A DNA stretch of 64,000 nt, from sequence record ON529850.1, one strand, 5' to 3'. The position numbers and the translations under genes are program-made. This document shows positions 51,268 through 62,600 of this stretch, one piece after another. The notes below the pieces were generated by a model, which was not told where the DNA came from, did not search any database, and saw only the letters and a program-made list of their open reading frames with translations. Within the stretch, counting starts at the first letter, position 1. Every line of letters starts with the position of its first letter.

Positions 51268-51343
51268 TGGCGCCGGACAAGGGACTCGAACCCTTCACAC
51301 ACAGTTTTGGAGACCGCTGCTCTACCCCATGAGCTAGACCGAC
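51268..51343 (-). tRNA. tRNA-Trp(CCA)
   Basis: Loop CUCCAAA; G73; CCA. Confidence 0.92.
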
Positions 51344-51351
51344 AGGTATCT

Positions 51352-51906
51352 TTACTTAAATCTTTTAACCAGAAACTCCATCACACGTTGCGGTGTAGTT
51401 TCGTCAGCTTTTACGCGAAAGTCAATACGCCCTTCCAACAATTCCAACAACTGTAGATCGATTTCCCTGGCTTCGGCCTCATTGTGATGCCGGCCATAGG
51501 TCTGATAGGCACCGTCTGGGCGCTCCAACCAGATGTTGACGTTGTCGTAGAGATCAAACCGCTCAAACACCTCCCGATGGAAGGCATCCGTTCGATAAGG
51601 CCCGGAGCTGTAGATGCAACTCAGCAGCAGCGGACTATCGGTGACGATCCAATCGACCTGGCCCAGCATGCGACGCTGACGCCGTTCTTGTTCCTCCAGC
51701 ACCTTGCGCTGGTTCGACAAGGAATCGAAATCCCGGTCGAACGAACACTCAGTCGCGTATTCTTCGATCTGGGCCGCCCTGGCCCCATTGATCTTCAGAT
51801 GAAAGAAGGTTCCGGCCTTGACGGTGGATTTACCCGAACACGGGCCGCCCCAAAAGTTCAACACGCGCGTAGGTGCAGGCGAGCCCATGCGAAGGACTTT
51901 CATCAA
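51352..51906 (-). CDS. P-loop NTPase / nucleotide kinase-like (NadR-type AAA)
   Basis: NFWGGPCSGKST Walker A; EYA.E; IVTDSPLLL. Confidence 0.85.
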   Translation of the reverse strand: MMKVLRMGSPAPTRVLNFWGGPCSGKSTVKAGTFFHLKINGARAAQIEEYATECSFDRDFDSLSNQRKVLEEQERRQRRMLGQVDWIVTDSPLLLSCIYSSGPYRTDAFHREVFERFDLYDNVNIWLERPDGAYQTYGRHHNEAEAREIDLQLLELLEGRIDFRVKADETTPQRVMEFLVKRFK

Positions 51907-51946
51907 AGACAGATTTTACAGATAGGCGCGCGACCGCGCCGTGCGG

Positions 51947-52219
51947 TCAGCTACGCCAGAGCGCGTCGTCGTCATCCGAGACAGTGTCTTCGGATGCGCG
52001 ACGCCGACGACCTCGCCCTCGGGCGGGTTCCGGCTCCAGCGCTTCGATCTCCGTCGGCTCTTCATCGGTCGGATCGACCGTTTCCACCGTCGGGGTGACT
52101 TCCACGCGAGTCCACGGCGTGCGCGACCAGCCTTGCTCCAGGACAAGCTTCTGCGCCTTCGACGGAGTAACGTCGAAGGGCTCGCAAAGGTCAGGAGAAT
52201 AGACGCGTTCGGTAGCCAT
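51947..52219 (-). CDS. Hypothetical protein (probably leaderless)
   Basis: ATG 9 nt after the -10 box of the promoter at 52228-52256. Confidence 0.65.
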   Translation of the reverse strand: MATERVYSPDLCEPFDVTPSKAQKLVLEQGWSRTPWTRVEVTPTVETVDPTDEEPTEIEALEPEPARGRGRRRRASEDTVSDDDDALWRS

Positions 52220-52227
52220 GATCGAGC

Positions 52228-52256
52228 ACTTTATACGAAGTTGGCGCGGACGTCAA
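52228..52256 (-). promoter_or_regulatory. sigma70-like promoter
   Basis: TTGACG, 17 nt, TAAAGT. Confidence 0.65.
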
Positions 52257-52268
52257 GAATTACGTCAG

Positions 52269-53051
52269 TCAAATCGACCATTGGAACAAAACCGACTTCT
52301 TCTCTCCCGGCGTGACGGCATATTCCGACTCCAACGGAGTCAGGAAATCGTTCAGAAAGACACCGTCGATGAAGGCTCCGGTTGCGCGATGGGATTGAAC
52401 AAAGCGCGGCGGGCCTCCCGCTCCATAGGCGTCAAATCCCTGCCCCAGACGCCAGCCGTTCAAACGACGCACGACGCGTTCCCCCTGCGTCCAGAGATAG
52501 GCGCGATATTCACCGCGCAGCAGGGTCGTGTTGAGGGCCACCCTCATCATCGCATTTTCCGCCGGCGCGTGTTCGATGTGCGAGAAAACCAATCGATCTA
52601 CCGCATCGTAAAGGCCAAGGCGCACCGCCCCTGAACCCGTCCCCAGCCAGGCGGCGGCGGCCGACAGCTGCATGAAATCCGACGCGACATAGAACCGCTC
52701 GAACAGGATGGTTTCCGCCGGCAATGACGTGTCTTCGGGAGAACCGTCCAACACAATCCCCGGCACCGCATAGCCGCCCTTCGGCAGGTCCACCGCCGTG
52801 ACCCCCTCTACGCGCGCAAGAGGCGCCAAGGCACTATCCCAGACCAGGACACCGTCCTTGCGGGTCAGGGGTGCTCCGCTGGGACCTTGGGCCGGCGCCA
52901 CGCCGCTGACAGCCGCCGGCAGATGGATCGCTTCTGGACGGCCGTCGACACGCAGGTGCAGCTTGCGATCTGCGGTGTTATGTCCGACCTGCCCCGGAAG
53001 GAGATGTGGCCTGGCTCCGGGCGTTGCGGAATGCTTGTTCTGGATAGCCAT
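52269..53051 (-). CDS. Virion fibre-associated protein
   Basis: Coupled to 53051-53659; PGQVGHNTADRKL N-terminus; C-terminal block resembles the C-terminus of the 3020-aa protein. Confidence 0.65.
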   Translation of the reverse strand: MAIQNKHSATPGARPHLLPGQVGHNTADRKLHLRVDGRPEAIHLPAAVSGVAPAQGPSGAPLTRKDGVLVWDSALAPLARVEGVTAVDLPKGGYAVPGIVLDGSPEDTSLPAETILFERFYVASDFMQLSAAAAWLGTGSGAVRLGLYDAVDRLVFSHIEHAPAENAMMRVALNTTLLRGEYRAYLWTQGERVVRRLNGWRLGQGFDAYGAGGPPRFVQSHRATGAFIDGVFLNDFLTPLESEYAVTPGEKKSVLFQWSI

Positions 53052-53659
53052 CAGAGGAATCGCATGGCGACAAGGTGGAACTGGGGAGCCGTGGCGGCGG
53101 GCGTCATCGCTTCGACTTGCTCCAGTAGAAAGTTGGATGACGTGGGCGCGGCGTGAACCGTGTAATACCCCGGTGAGAGTTGGAGGTCGAAGGCCGGCTC
53201 CAACATCATTGCGCCGTTGATGGCGAAATCGTGCGAGAGCACTTCTTCGTTCGCCGCATTCCTGATCTTGACGAAGAGCGTTCCGGTCCCGCCGTTCGAT
53301 CGCACACGAAGTCCAATCAACTGCGCCGGCTCCCCTAGCGCGATTTGCGTGATCCGCTCAGAGGGGAGACCCAGGAAGGCGACCGAAATCGGCGCGCAGC
53401 CCGGCAAAACCCAAAGCTTGCGATCCATGGGCAGCCCGCCGCCGCCGCCCTGAAGCAGGGCGTGCTCAACGCCCTCAGGCGACATCAAGCGGACCTCGTC
53501 ACCCCCCAACGTCCGCTGCGGCAGCAACGGGACGTCCATGGTGAAGGCATCCGTGCCGACACCCAGGACGCGCGCCGCCGGGTCCAAGGTCAGTTCTCCG
53601 GCCGCGCGAGGGACGGCCGGATCAGGATCATATGGAGTAAGGTAGATCGTATCCGACAT
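53051..53659 (-). CDS. Virion fibre-associated protein
   Basis: Start MSDTIY overlaps the 3020-aa stop; paralogous layout to 52269-53051. Confidence 0.65.
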   Translation of the reverse strand: MSDTIYLTPYDPDPAVPRAAGELTLDPAARVLGVGTDAFTMDVPLLPQRTLGGDEVRLMSPEGVEHALLQGGGGGLPMDRKLWVLPGCAPISVAFLGLPSERITQIALGEPAQLIGLRVRSNGGTGTLFVKIRNAANEEVLSHDFAINGAMMLEPAFDLQLSPGYYTVHAAPTSSNFLLEQVEAMTPAATAPQFHLVAMRFL

Positions 53660-56600
53660 CAAATCGTCGCCCACACATAGGCCTCGCTCACCGTCTCACG
53701 ATCGGTGGGCGTAGGCGCGTCCATCAAGTTGCCCGTATCGGGCGCTGAGAGGTCTCCAACCTGCGTCAAATCCTCCGCACGGCCCGAGGGCGCGCGTCGC
53801 GTTGCGAACGTGGGTTGATCCCCCGTAACCGCCAGCATGGCGGCATACCAACCCGGCGCCAGCGTCAGGGCTTGGGTGATCGACTTGGGTCCGACCGGCC
53901 CGCTGCCGGCAACCTGGGCGCTCAGCTCCACCTCTCCAGGCGTCTGAGACGTTTGATCCCAGCGGCAAACACCGAACCGCACCGTCCCCGACGCCGCAAC
54001 AGTGGTGGTCACCCCGAAACGGGTAAAGGCGGTCTCTCGCGCCAGGTAGAAGGGCCGGTAAACCACACGTCCCGCCGACGGCCGGCTGGTCGAGGCGTCC
54101 ATGCTGAAGTCCGTCAGATAGCGGTCTCCAGCCGGCAGCGGGAGCATGACGGGGCGATCATAGACGGGGGCCGCCTTACGCCAGGTCCCGTCAGCATAGA
54201 GGACTTCACCCGTCGCACCTCCTTCCGGAGCCACGCCGCCCAGGGCGAAACGACCCAGGCGATTGGCCTGCACCGCGCCTTGGGCATCTGCCGCGAACAG
54301 AAGCCCGTCGAACTCGTTCAGAGCAATCTCCAGGGGCTCCAAAGCCACAGGCACATTACCCTGCATCAAGGCGCGCTTGTAGCGGATGACCACGCCCTGC
54401 GCGCCATGCACATCCACCCGGTCTCCGTCTTCGACATAGCCTTCGGCCGGTTGAACATAGACCGCCGGAAGCGTCGGCGAGATGGAATATCCTCCAGACC
54501 CTTCCGATTCTGGCGGAGAGACCAGAATGACGGAATCGCTCAGATCGCCATCGACAACCGCCGCCGTCAGCTCCGCCGCAAAACCGCGCGGCGGGGTCAG
54601 ATAGATGCGGTCGAAATAGTTGACGCGAACGTCCGCATTACGCGTGAAGGCCGCCTGCGGCGTTCCCACCAGGATCAGTCCGATGTCACGCGACACGTTG
54701 GCGGGGACTTCGACGAAGGCGCCTTCCTGGATCGACACGAACATCGTGACGATCGGTCCGCCTTGGCTGCCATTGCTGACAATGGCGTGACCTTCACCCG
54801 TTCCGTCCGCACTAGGGAAACCGACCGTGATGTCGTTCTCGAACGGCACGGTGGTGTATTCGAACGGAAGTTCGCCGGCCCCCAGGATCGTTTCGATTCG
54901 GATCGGTCCGCCCAGGTCCCCTTCGCCGGTTTCGTCAGGGCCTCGCAAGTCGCCTTTGGGTGCTTCCGTTCGCACCATCCAGATCGCCTGCGTTCCGGGC
55001 GGCGGAGTCCAGCCCGCGTTACCCGCGCCAAAACCTTCGGGAGCCGTCACAGGAATGACGCTGTCGATCTCACCAACCCACATGTCGGCAACGGACATGT
55101 CCCCGTCAAAGCCCTCGACGCCAATCACCAGAGGATCGAACATCTCAAAGCCGTTGCCGAGGATGTAGTTCATCGGCTGAACGCCGATGGTCGGCAGTCG
55201 ATCAACCTTGAAGTTCACCGCCGCCGAAAGCGTCGTCTGCGGCGGGGTCGGATAGTAGAGATCATCGCCGAGACCCGTGACCACCAAGGCATCCGTCTGC
55301 GGCTGTCCGCCCAGGTCGCCCGAGACGAAGATCGTCGGCAGATAGGCGCCAATGCCGCCCGTGGCGGACCCCTTCGGGTCCATCATCAGGATGGATTCTC
55401 CCAGGTCGCCCGAACCTTGAGCGCCCATGGAAATCGTCCCCACCGGCGCCACCACGGTGACAACCGGAAGCGAGCCCGTCGCCTGAGCCGCTTTCGATCC
55501 CTCAGCCGAACCGGACCCAGACGTCACGAGGATCGTGCCGATCTGGGTGACGTTGACCGTCGCCGGGATGCTCAAGCCGCCTTCAAAGACGGACAGAACC
55601 GCCAGGCCAGGGCCGCCTGCAAGGGCGGGGCTCGCCACGAAGTTCGGCGTGCCGCCAATGCCGACGCCAGGCTGATAGACGAACTTGCCCGTTCCCGCCG
55701 GCGTGCCCGTGTCGGACGTCTCGGTGACGCCTTCATAGAGCATGTCGCCCAGGAAGCCAGAACCGCCACCCGCAGAGCCGGAGCTCGTGCTGTTGTTCAG
55801 GGCGCCGCCGCCGCCGCCGTAATAACCGCCGCCTGCACCCGCACCGGCCGCGCTTGCCCCCGTGGCGCCCTGCACCGTCTCACTACCGTCGAGCGGAAAA
55901 CCATCACCGCCACGCAGGGCCGCGCCGTTACCGTTTCCACCGGTCGTAGAGCCGCCAACGCCTCCAGCGCTCTGGGTGCCGCCCGTTCCGGCGCCTTGCG
56001 TCGTGCCGATGCCATTGCCGCCCGACAAACCGCCGCCGAAACCGCCGCGACGGGCGGAAGTCGCAGACCCCGCGCCGCCGCCGCCGGCAATCGCCACAAG
56101 AACACCGTTACGCCATACACGGGTCGAACCGCCGCCGCCGCCACCGCCGTAGGTGCCGGGACCGCCGCCGCCGCCGTCAGGCCAACCACCCAGGCCACCG
56201 ATGAAGTTGCCCGGCGCGGCGCCGGCGTTCCCCACTTCGACCCGGATGATGTCCCCCGGCTGGAACATGATGATGCCGGACAGGTGTCCGCCGGCGCCGC
56301 CCAGAGAATCCTGCGGCGTAGTGGAATTCACCAGCTGTGACCCCGCGCCGCCACCGCCCCACAGATTGAGGTTCGCGCCACCTTCGAAAGTCGTAATGAA
56401 GTCGCGCGATCCCGCCCGATCGCCCAACAAGGAGGTGTCTCCTTCGGCCAGCGGGGGCAAGGTGGCGCCTGGTGTGAAATCCATCACCACGCGACCATCG
56501 CCGCCCGGCAGGATGCTGGTCTTAGCCGCTTGGACGCCGCCCAGGCCTGCATTATTGGCATAGTCCGGGTCGGTCAACGCCGCCGGCGTCTGTCCAACAC

Positions 56601-59600
56601 CCGCCTCCAGGCGATAGTTGCGCGCCAATGGGCCGCCATAGCTGGAACCGCCGCCCGCACCGCCTGCGGAGGTCGCCGCAAGGTTATTACCGGCAGCACC
56701 GCCGTAGTAGCCGCCGCCGCCGCCTGGGCCGGCATTGGTCGAAGCCGCGATGTCCGCGCCGCCTCCGTCAGGAAAGCCATCGCCGCCCCGAAGATAAGCC
56801 CCGGCGGAGATCGACGTTTGGGCGCGACCGCGCAACATGCCGCCGCGATAGTCACGTCCTCCGGTGCCCACCGTGCTGGCAGGGCCGACGCCGGATTGCC
56901 CGATTCTCCCGCCGCCCGCGCCGCCATCGCCGGTAACCGCAGTGGAATACCAGCTGTTCGAGCCGCCGCCACCGGCCGCAACAAGTTGCAGCACGCCGTT
57001 GATCCAGACACGCGAAGAACCGCCACCGGAACCGCCGATGTTCGTTCCTGCCGCTTCATACTTACCGGCCCGCCCGCCGTCAGGCCAACCGCCTGGACCT
57101 GACACGGTATCGGTCGGGGCCGGAACGCCGCCGGCGGACGCAACGTCGACACGCACGCTGTCACCGGTCTTCACCAGGAACTCAGCGTAGGCGAAACCGC
57201 CGCCGCCGGCCTTTGCAGGCGTGGAGCTCGGCGCGCGCGCAGCGCCCGCTCCACCGCCGCCCCACAACTTGACTTTCAAGAGGCCGCCGGTGGTGACGGT
57301 GTAGAGGCGTTCTGAGCGGATCGCCGTCAGGGCGGTCTTGCCCGTCGGGAGGTCCACAGGGATGAGATAGTTAAGGACCGCAAGGCCATCGCCGCCCGGC
57401 GCGGGGTTCTGCGCCAGGGTGGAAGAACCCTGAGACCCCAATGCCGTCCCGACCACAAAGCCTGGCTCACTCGTGCCGCCCAGCCCCACGACGCTGACGC
57501 CGCCCGCAGGGATCAGGTTAGAGCCGCCACCGGCCGAGCCAGACTGACCAGCGCTGTTGGCCGTCCCCGAGCCGCCGCCGTAGTAGCCGCCACCGCCGCC
57601 TGGGCCGGTCGTCTGGCCGAGTCCGTTCGAACCCGTGGTATATCGAGCGTTACCGACCTTGAAGCCGTTACCGCCCTTGAATGCTGCACCCGAATAGGAA
57701 GCATCGGTCGGATCGGCCGAGTTAACGCCGCCCGCGACCTGCGTGCCGCCCGATCCATATTTCAGGTTGGCGTTGTTCGTCGGGCCGCCGTCTGCGCCAC
57801 CGCCGGCGCCGCCGGCCGCAGAAGCTGAACCCGCGCCGCCGCCGCCGCCACCACCAGCGACCATGACCAGGACGCCGTTCTTGTAGAACCGCGTCGAGCC
57901 GCCACCGCCGCCCCATCCGGTCGTTCCCGAGATGCGCGCGCCGGAGCCGCCGTCAGGCCAGCCTCCAGGACCGCCGCCCGTCGCAGAGAAGGCTTGACCC
58001 CCTTGACCAACTTCAACGCGCAGGACATCACCCGGCTCGACGTCAATCGTCGCTGCCGTGTAACCGCCGTCGCCGCCGTAACGGAACGTGCCCGCCGTGG
58101 GACCAGCGCCACCGCCACCCCACAGGTTGACCTTGACCTGACCCTTCTGGGTGATCGTGATCGTTCTGGCGGTTGCCGTGTGGTTGAAGACGTTCAGGCC
58201 GGTTGCAAGCGTGGTCGGTTGCAGCGGAATCGCGGGCGGCGTCTCATCAAATCGGATGAAGACCTGCCCATCGCCACCCTCGGACGCCCAAGGCTGAGTC
58301 AGGACAGACACCGCGTTGCCGGGGCGTGCGACGCCATTGACGTATTCAGGCAGCTCGGTGCCGAGCGGATTGTAGGAGCTCGCCGCCGCATTCGTACCGT
58401 TGAGCGGCACCAGGGAGGAGCCGCCGCCAGCGCCGCCGGCAACCGTCACCGCACCCGCGACCGTATCGCAACCGCCCGCACCGCCGTAATACCCGCCGCC
58501 GCCGCCAGGGCCAATGCCTTCCCCGACAGACGCCGTAGAGCCTCCGACAGGATAGCCGTTACCGCCCTTCAGATAAGCGCCGGCGTAAGAGGCGTCGGTC
58601 GTATAGAGCTTGTTGACGCCGCCCGCCGACTGGGTGCCGCCCAAACCGTTGGCGTAGTTGAGGTTGGAGGCAGGGCCACCGTCTCCGCCAGTTTCTCCAC
58701 CGCCGCCGCCGCCCAGAGCCGTGCCAATACCGGAGCCGGCTGCGCCGCCGCCACCGGCGACCGCCATCAAGCTGCTGTTGAAATAGATACGAGTGGAGCC
58801 GCCGCCGCCGCCCCACCCGATCGCGGCGGAACCCATGCCGCCGTTGCCGCCGTCAGGCCAACCGCCGACGCCACCCGTCGTCTCGGTCGGCCCTCGTCCG
58901 CCTTGCGCAACCTGGAAGCTGAAGGTGTCCCCCGGAACCACGTCGCGGGTGAACGAGATCATGCCGCCCGCGCCGCCATTGGCAAGCGTGCCCGTGCCCG
59001 CCACGCCTCCGGGACCGGCACCCCAGGCGCGGATCGTGACTTTGCCAGCCTTGGTGGCGGTCCAGGTCTGATTGGCCGCACCGACGTGAAGCAGGGTGCG
59101 CTCAGGCGGAACCGTCTGCTGGGCGCCCAAGGTCAGGACGGCGAGACCATCTCCACCGTTCGTGACCGAATTGATATTGGACGTGCCGTAGCCGCTGGCC
59201 GCGACGCCGGCGACATAGTCAGGATCGGTAGCGTTCGGGACCCCGTTGGAGCCCGAGTTGTTCGCAGCCCCAGAATCCGTGCCGCCCGTCTTGCCGTTGT
59301 TCCAGCGAACCGAATATCCGTCGTAGAGCGGATTGACATAACCAGAGCCGCCGCCGGAACCGGCGGAGGAGCCGCCCGAGCCGCCGCCATAATATCCGCC
59401 GCCGCCGCCTCCGCCATTGCGCGTGTTTTGGGTGGTTCGAGTTTCACCTTCGCCATAGCCATTGCCGCCGCGAAGATAGCCGCCCGTCGCCGAGGCATCG
59501 CCGTAGCGCCCGACAGAGTATCCACCCGCCGCCTGGGTTCCACCCGCACCATAGTTGGAGCTGCCGCCGTGCTCGCCGTAGTAATAGCCGCCCGAGCCGC

Positions 59601-62600
59601 TGAAGAAGGCGCCACCAACGCCGCCGCCGGCGCCGGCGACTGCCGCCAGGACATCGTTGACGAAGATTCTAGTCGAGCCGCCGCCGCCGCCGCCACAGTA
59701 GGAAGCCGAGACGTATCCGCCGTTGCCACCGTCAGGCCAGCCGCCTAGACCGCCTTCGGTCGTCACGAGCGGCTTGCGCCCGCCCTGGCCGACTTCGATG
59801 CGAACGGTGTCGCCGGCCTTGACAGGAATGGCGGCATGCGTGAACCCGCCAGCGCCGGCGTAGCGAGTTCCCGAGTTGGCGTATCCGCCCGCGCCGGCGC
59901 CGCCCCAGAGTTTGACCTGAAGGAGGCTGTCGGCAGCGATCTTGTATTCGACCGGCGCGCCCTTGAAGGCGAGCGACGTCTTACCCGAGGGCAGTTCAGG
60001 CGTAGGAGCCGGGGGTCCCAGGTCCAGAACGGCGCGTCCAGGGCCTCCGGGAAGGGCCTGCGCCGTGGGACCAGATTGCACCGATCCAGCCGCAACGCCC
60101 GTGGCGTAATCAGGGTCGGACGCGCGCGGCGGATTCTGCGCCACACCCATTTCGGTGACGCCGTTATTGACCGCAGGATGGATGAAGGACGAGCCGCCAC
60201 CGGCACCCGAGGAGTTGCCCGAAGCCAGGCCAGATGAGCCGCCGCCGCCATAATAGCCGCCGCCGCCGCCCGCGCCCACGTTGCCGGTAGCGTTGGAAAC
60301 ATCAACCGCAATCGTAGAGCTGCCGCCCGATCCGCCCCGGAGATAACCACCAGCAGAGACCGCGTCAGCGCCGCGCGCCATGCAGACGCCGCCGGCGAGC
60401 TGGGTGCCACCCGTGCCGCGCCAGGCGCCCGCCGCATCACCGTCGCCGCCCGTAAACCCACCGCCAGCGCCACCGTAGCCGCGCGTCGTCGTCGTATTCT
60501 CATGGACGTTTCCGCCGCCGCCAGCACCGGCGACAGCGATCAGAACGCCGTTCTTGTAAATTCGAGTCGAGCCGCCGCCCGCGCCTGCCGTTCGCGAATT
60601 GGCGAAGAAACCACCCCGCCCGCCGTCAGGCCAGCCGCCGTTCGATGCGCCTGAACCAATGGCGCCAGGGTTCGATCCGCCGGAACCCACTTCCACGGTC
60701 AAGATGTCGCCGACGTTGAACCGGGCGACCCCCGACACGAAACCGCCCGGACCGCCGTAACTCAGAGGACGCGTGTCGATGACCGAGGCGCCGGACCCGC
60801 CGCCGCCCCACAGCTTGAACGAAAGGTCCGAAGTTTCCGTGACCTCGTAGGATTTCGCGAAGCCTTCGAAAGGCAGGGTGAACTTGCCGCGACCGATCGG
60901 GGTCGGCGGGTCGATCGCCAAAAAGACCACACGGCCGTCGCCACCCGGCGCACCGATGCCGCGATTGCTGGACGAAACAGCGCGACCTTCGGCCTTGCCG
61001 CCGCGATCACTATCAGACGCAGCGCCGGGGGCTCCGGTCGTAATGACGCCCGTCTGCGTCAGTCCGTTGACTACGGAAGGGTGAATGTAGGACGACCCGC
61101 CGCCCGCTCCGCCGCCGGGGACGAAGGTTCCGGTGCTGGCACTGCCCGAGCCGCCGTAATAGCCGCCGCCGCCGCCCGCGCCGGCATTGTTGGCATTGGA
61201 TGTGATGGTCTCACCGACGGAGGCGTCATAGCCATCACCGCCGCGCTGGCCTACGCCATTGTAAGACGCCTTGTAGGGGCTGACGCCGGGACCCGCCTGC
61301 GACCCGCCGATACCTCGATAAGAATCCGACGAATAGTCGGCCGTGGAAGAATTCGCGGCGTATCCGTTTTGTCCCGTCAGGCCGCCACCCGGACCGCCGT
61401 AGCCGCCGCTGGCGTAACCCATACCTGCGCCGCCGCCGCCGCCTGCAACCAGCATGACGACGCCGTTGATCTTAACGATAGTCGCGCCGCCGCCGCCGCC
61501 GAGCTGCCCGACGGAGAAGTATTTCGCGCCGTTGCCGCCGTTGGGCCAGCCGCCCTTGCCGCCACTCTCAGAACCCGTGCGACCATCACCGCCTTGACCG
61601 CCTTGGCCCACGGAAATCTCGACCAGGTCGCCGGGGACGACGGCAATTTTGCCAGAAACGAACCCGCCGCCGCCAGACGCTCCGCCGACTCCGGCGGTGC
61701 CGTCGGAGCGGTGTGCCGGCGCACCGGCTCCGCCCCAGGCTTTGATGTCCAGGGTGGTGTTGCGGTCCGCGACAAACGACTTGACCGCTCCGGTGGTGTC
61801 CAGAATGGTCTTGCCGGCAGGAATCGGCGGAATGACGACGGCGGCGATATTGAGGACCGCCAGGCCGTTGCCGGCCGGCAGCGCCATGACGCCGGTCGAA
61901 CCATTGTCGGCACCTACAGCCACGCCAGCGACGTAATCCGCATCGTCGGTCTTAGGGGGCGTCTTGCCGGTCCCGCCGACGTTGAGCGGGGATGCAACCG
62001 AAGGGTGCAGATAGGACGATCCGCCGCCCGCGCCGGACGAGTTCGTGGTACTCCACTGAAAGGCGCCGGCACCGCCTCCAAAATATCCGCCGCCGCCGCC
62101 GCCGCCATTGTAGGAATCGGCATTGGCGACGAAGCCATTGCCGCCTTTCAGCGACGATCCGGGCTTGTTGGGCGTGCTACCGGTGATCGCGGAGGCGCCG
62201 CCTGCCGTCTGCGTGCCACCCCATCCGCGCACGTTCGTCGCACCGAAGCCGTCCTCACCCACGAGGCCGCCACCAGCGCCGCCAAAGCCAAGGGCCGTCG
62301 ACGCACCGGTTTCGTTGTGGTTGGCGCCGCCGCCGCCCGCAGCCACGGCGATCAGGACATTGTTGACGTAGAGGCGCGTCGAACCGCCGCCGCCGCCCGC
62401 CGCGCGGATGGTGAAGGCGTAGCCGCCGTTGCCGCCGTCGGGCCAACCGCCGAGGGAGGCGGCCGCGCCGGTCAGCGGGTCCGTGCGCCCGCCGCCGCCG
62501 ACCTCGATCTTGACGGTGTCGCCGGCAGACACGACGACTTCGCCGGAGACGAAACCGCCCGCGCCGCCATAGCCGACGCGAGGCGCCACATTGGAGGCAT

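Noticed and set aside
42409-51345. Track ORFs overlapping tRNA genes (for example 42778-43167, 47020-47223, 47572-48069, 48008-48442)
   Set aside because: They are translations of tRNA sequences.
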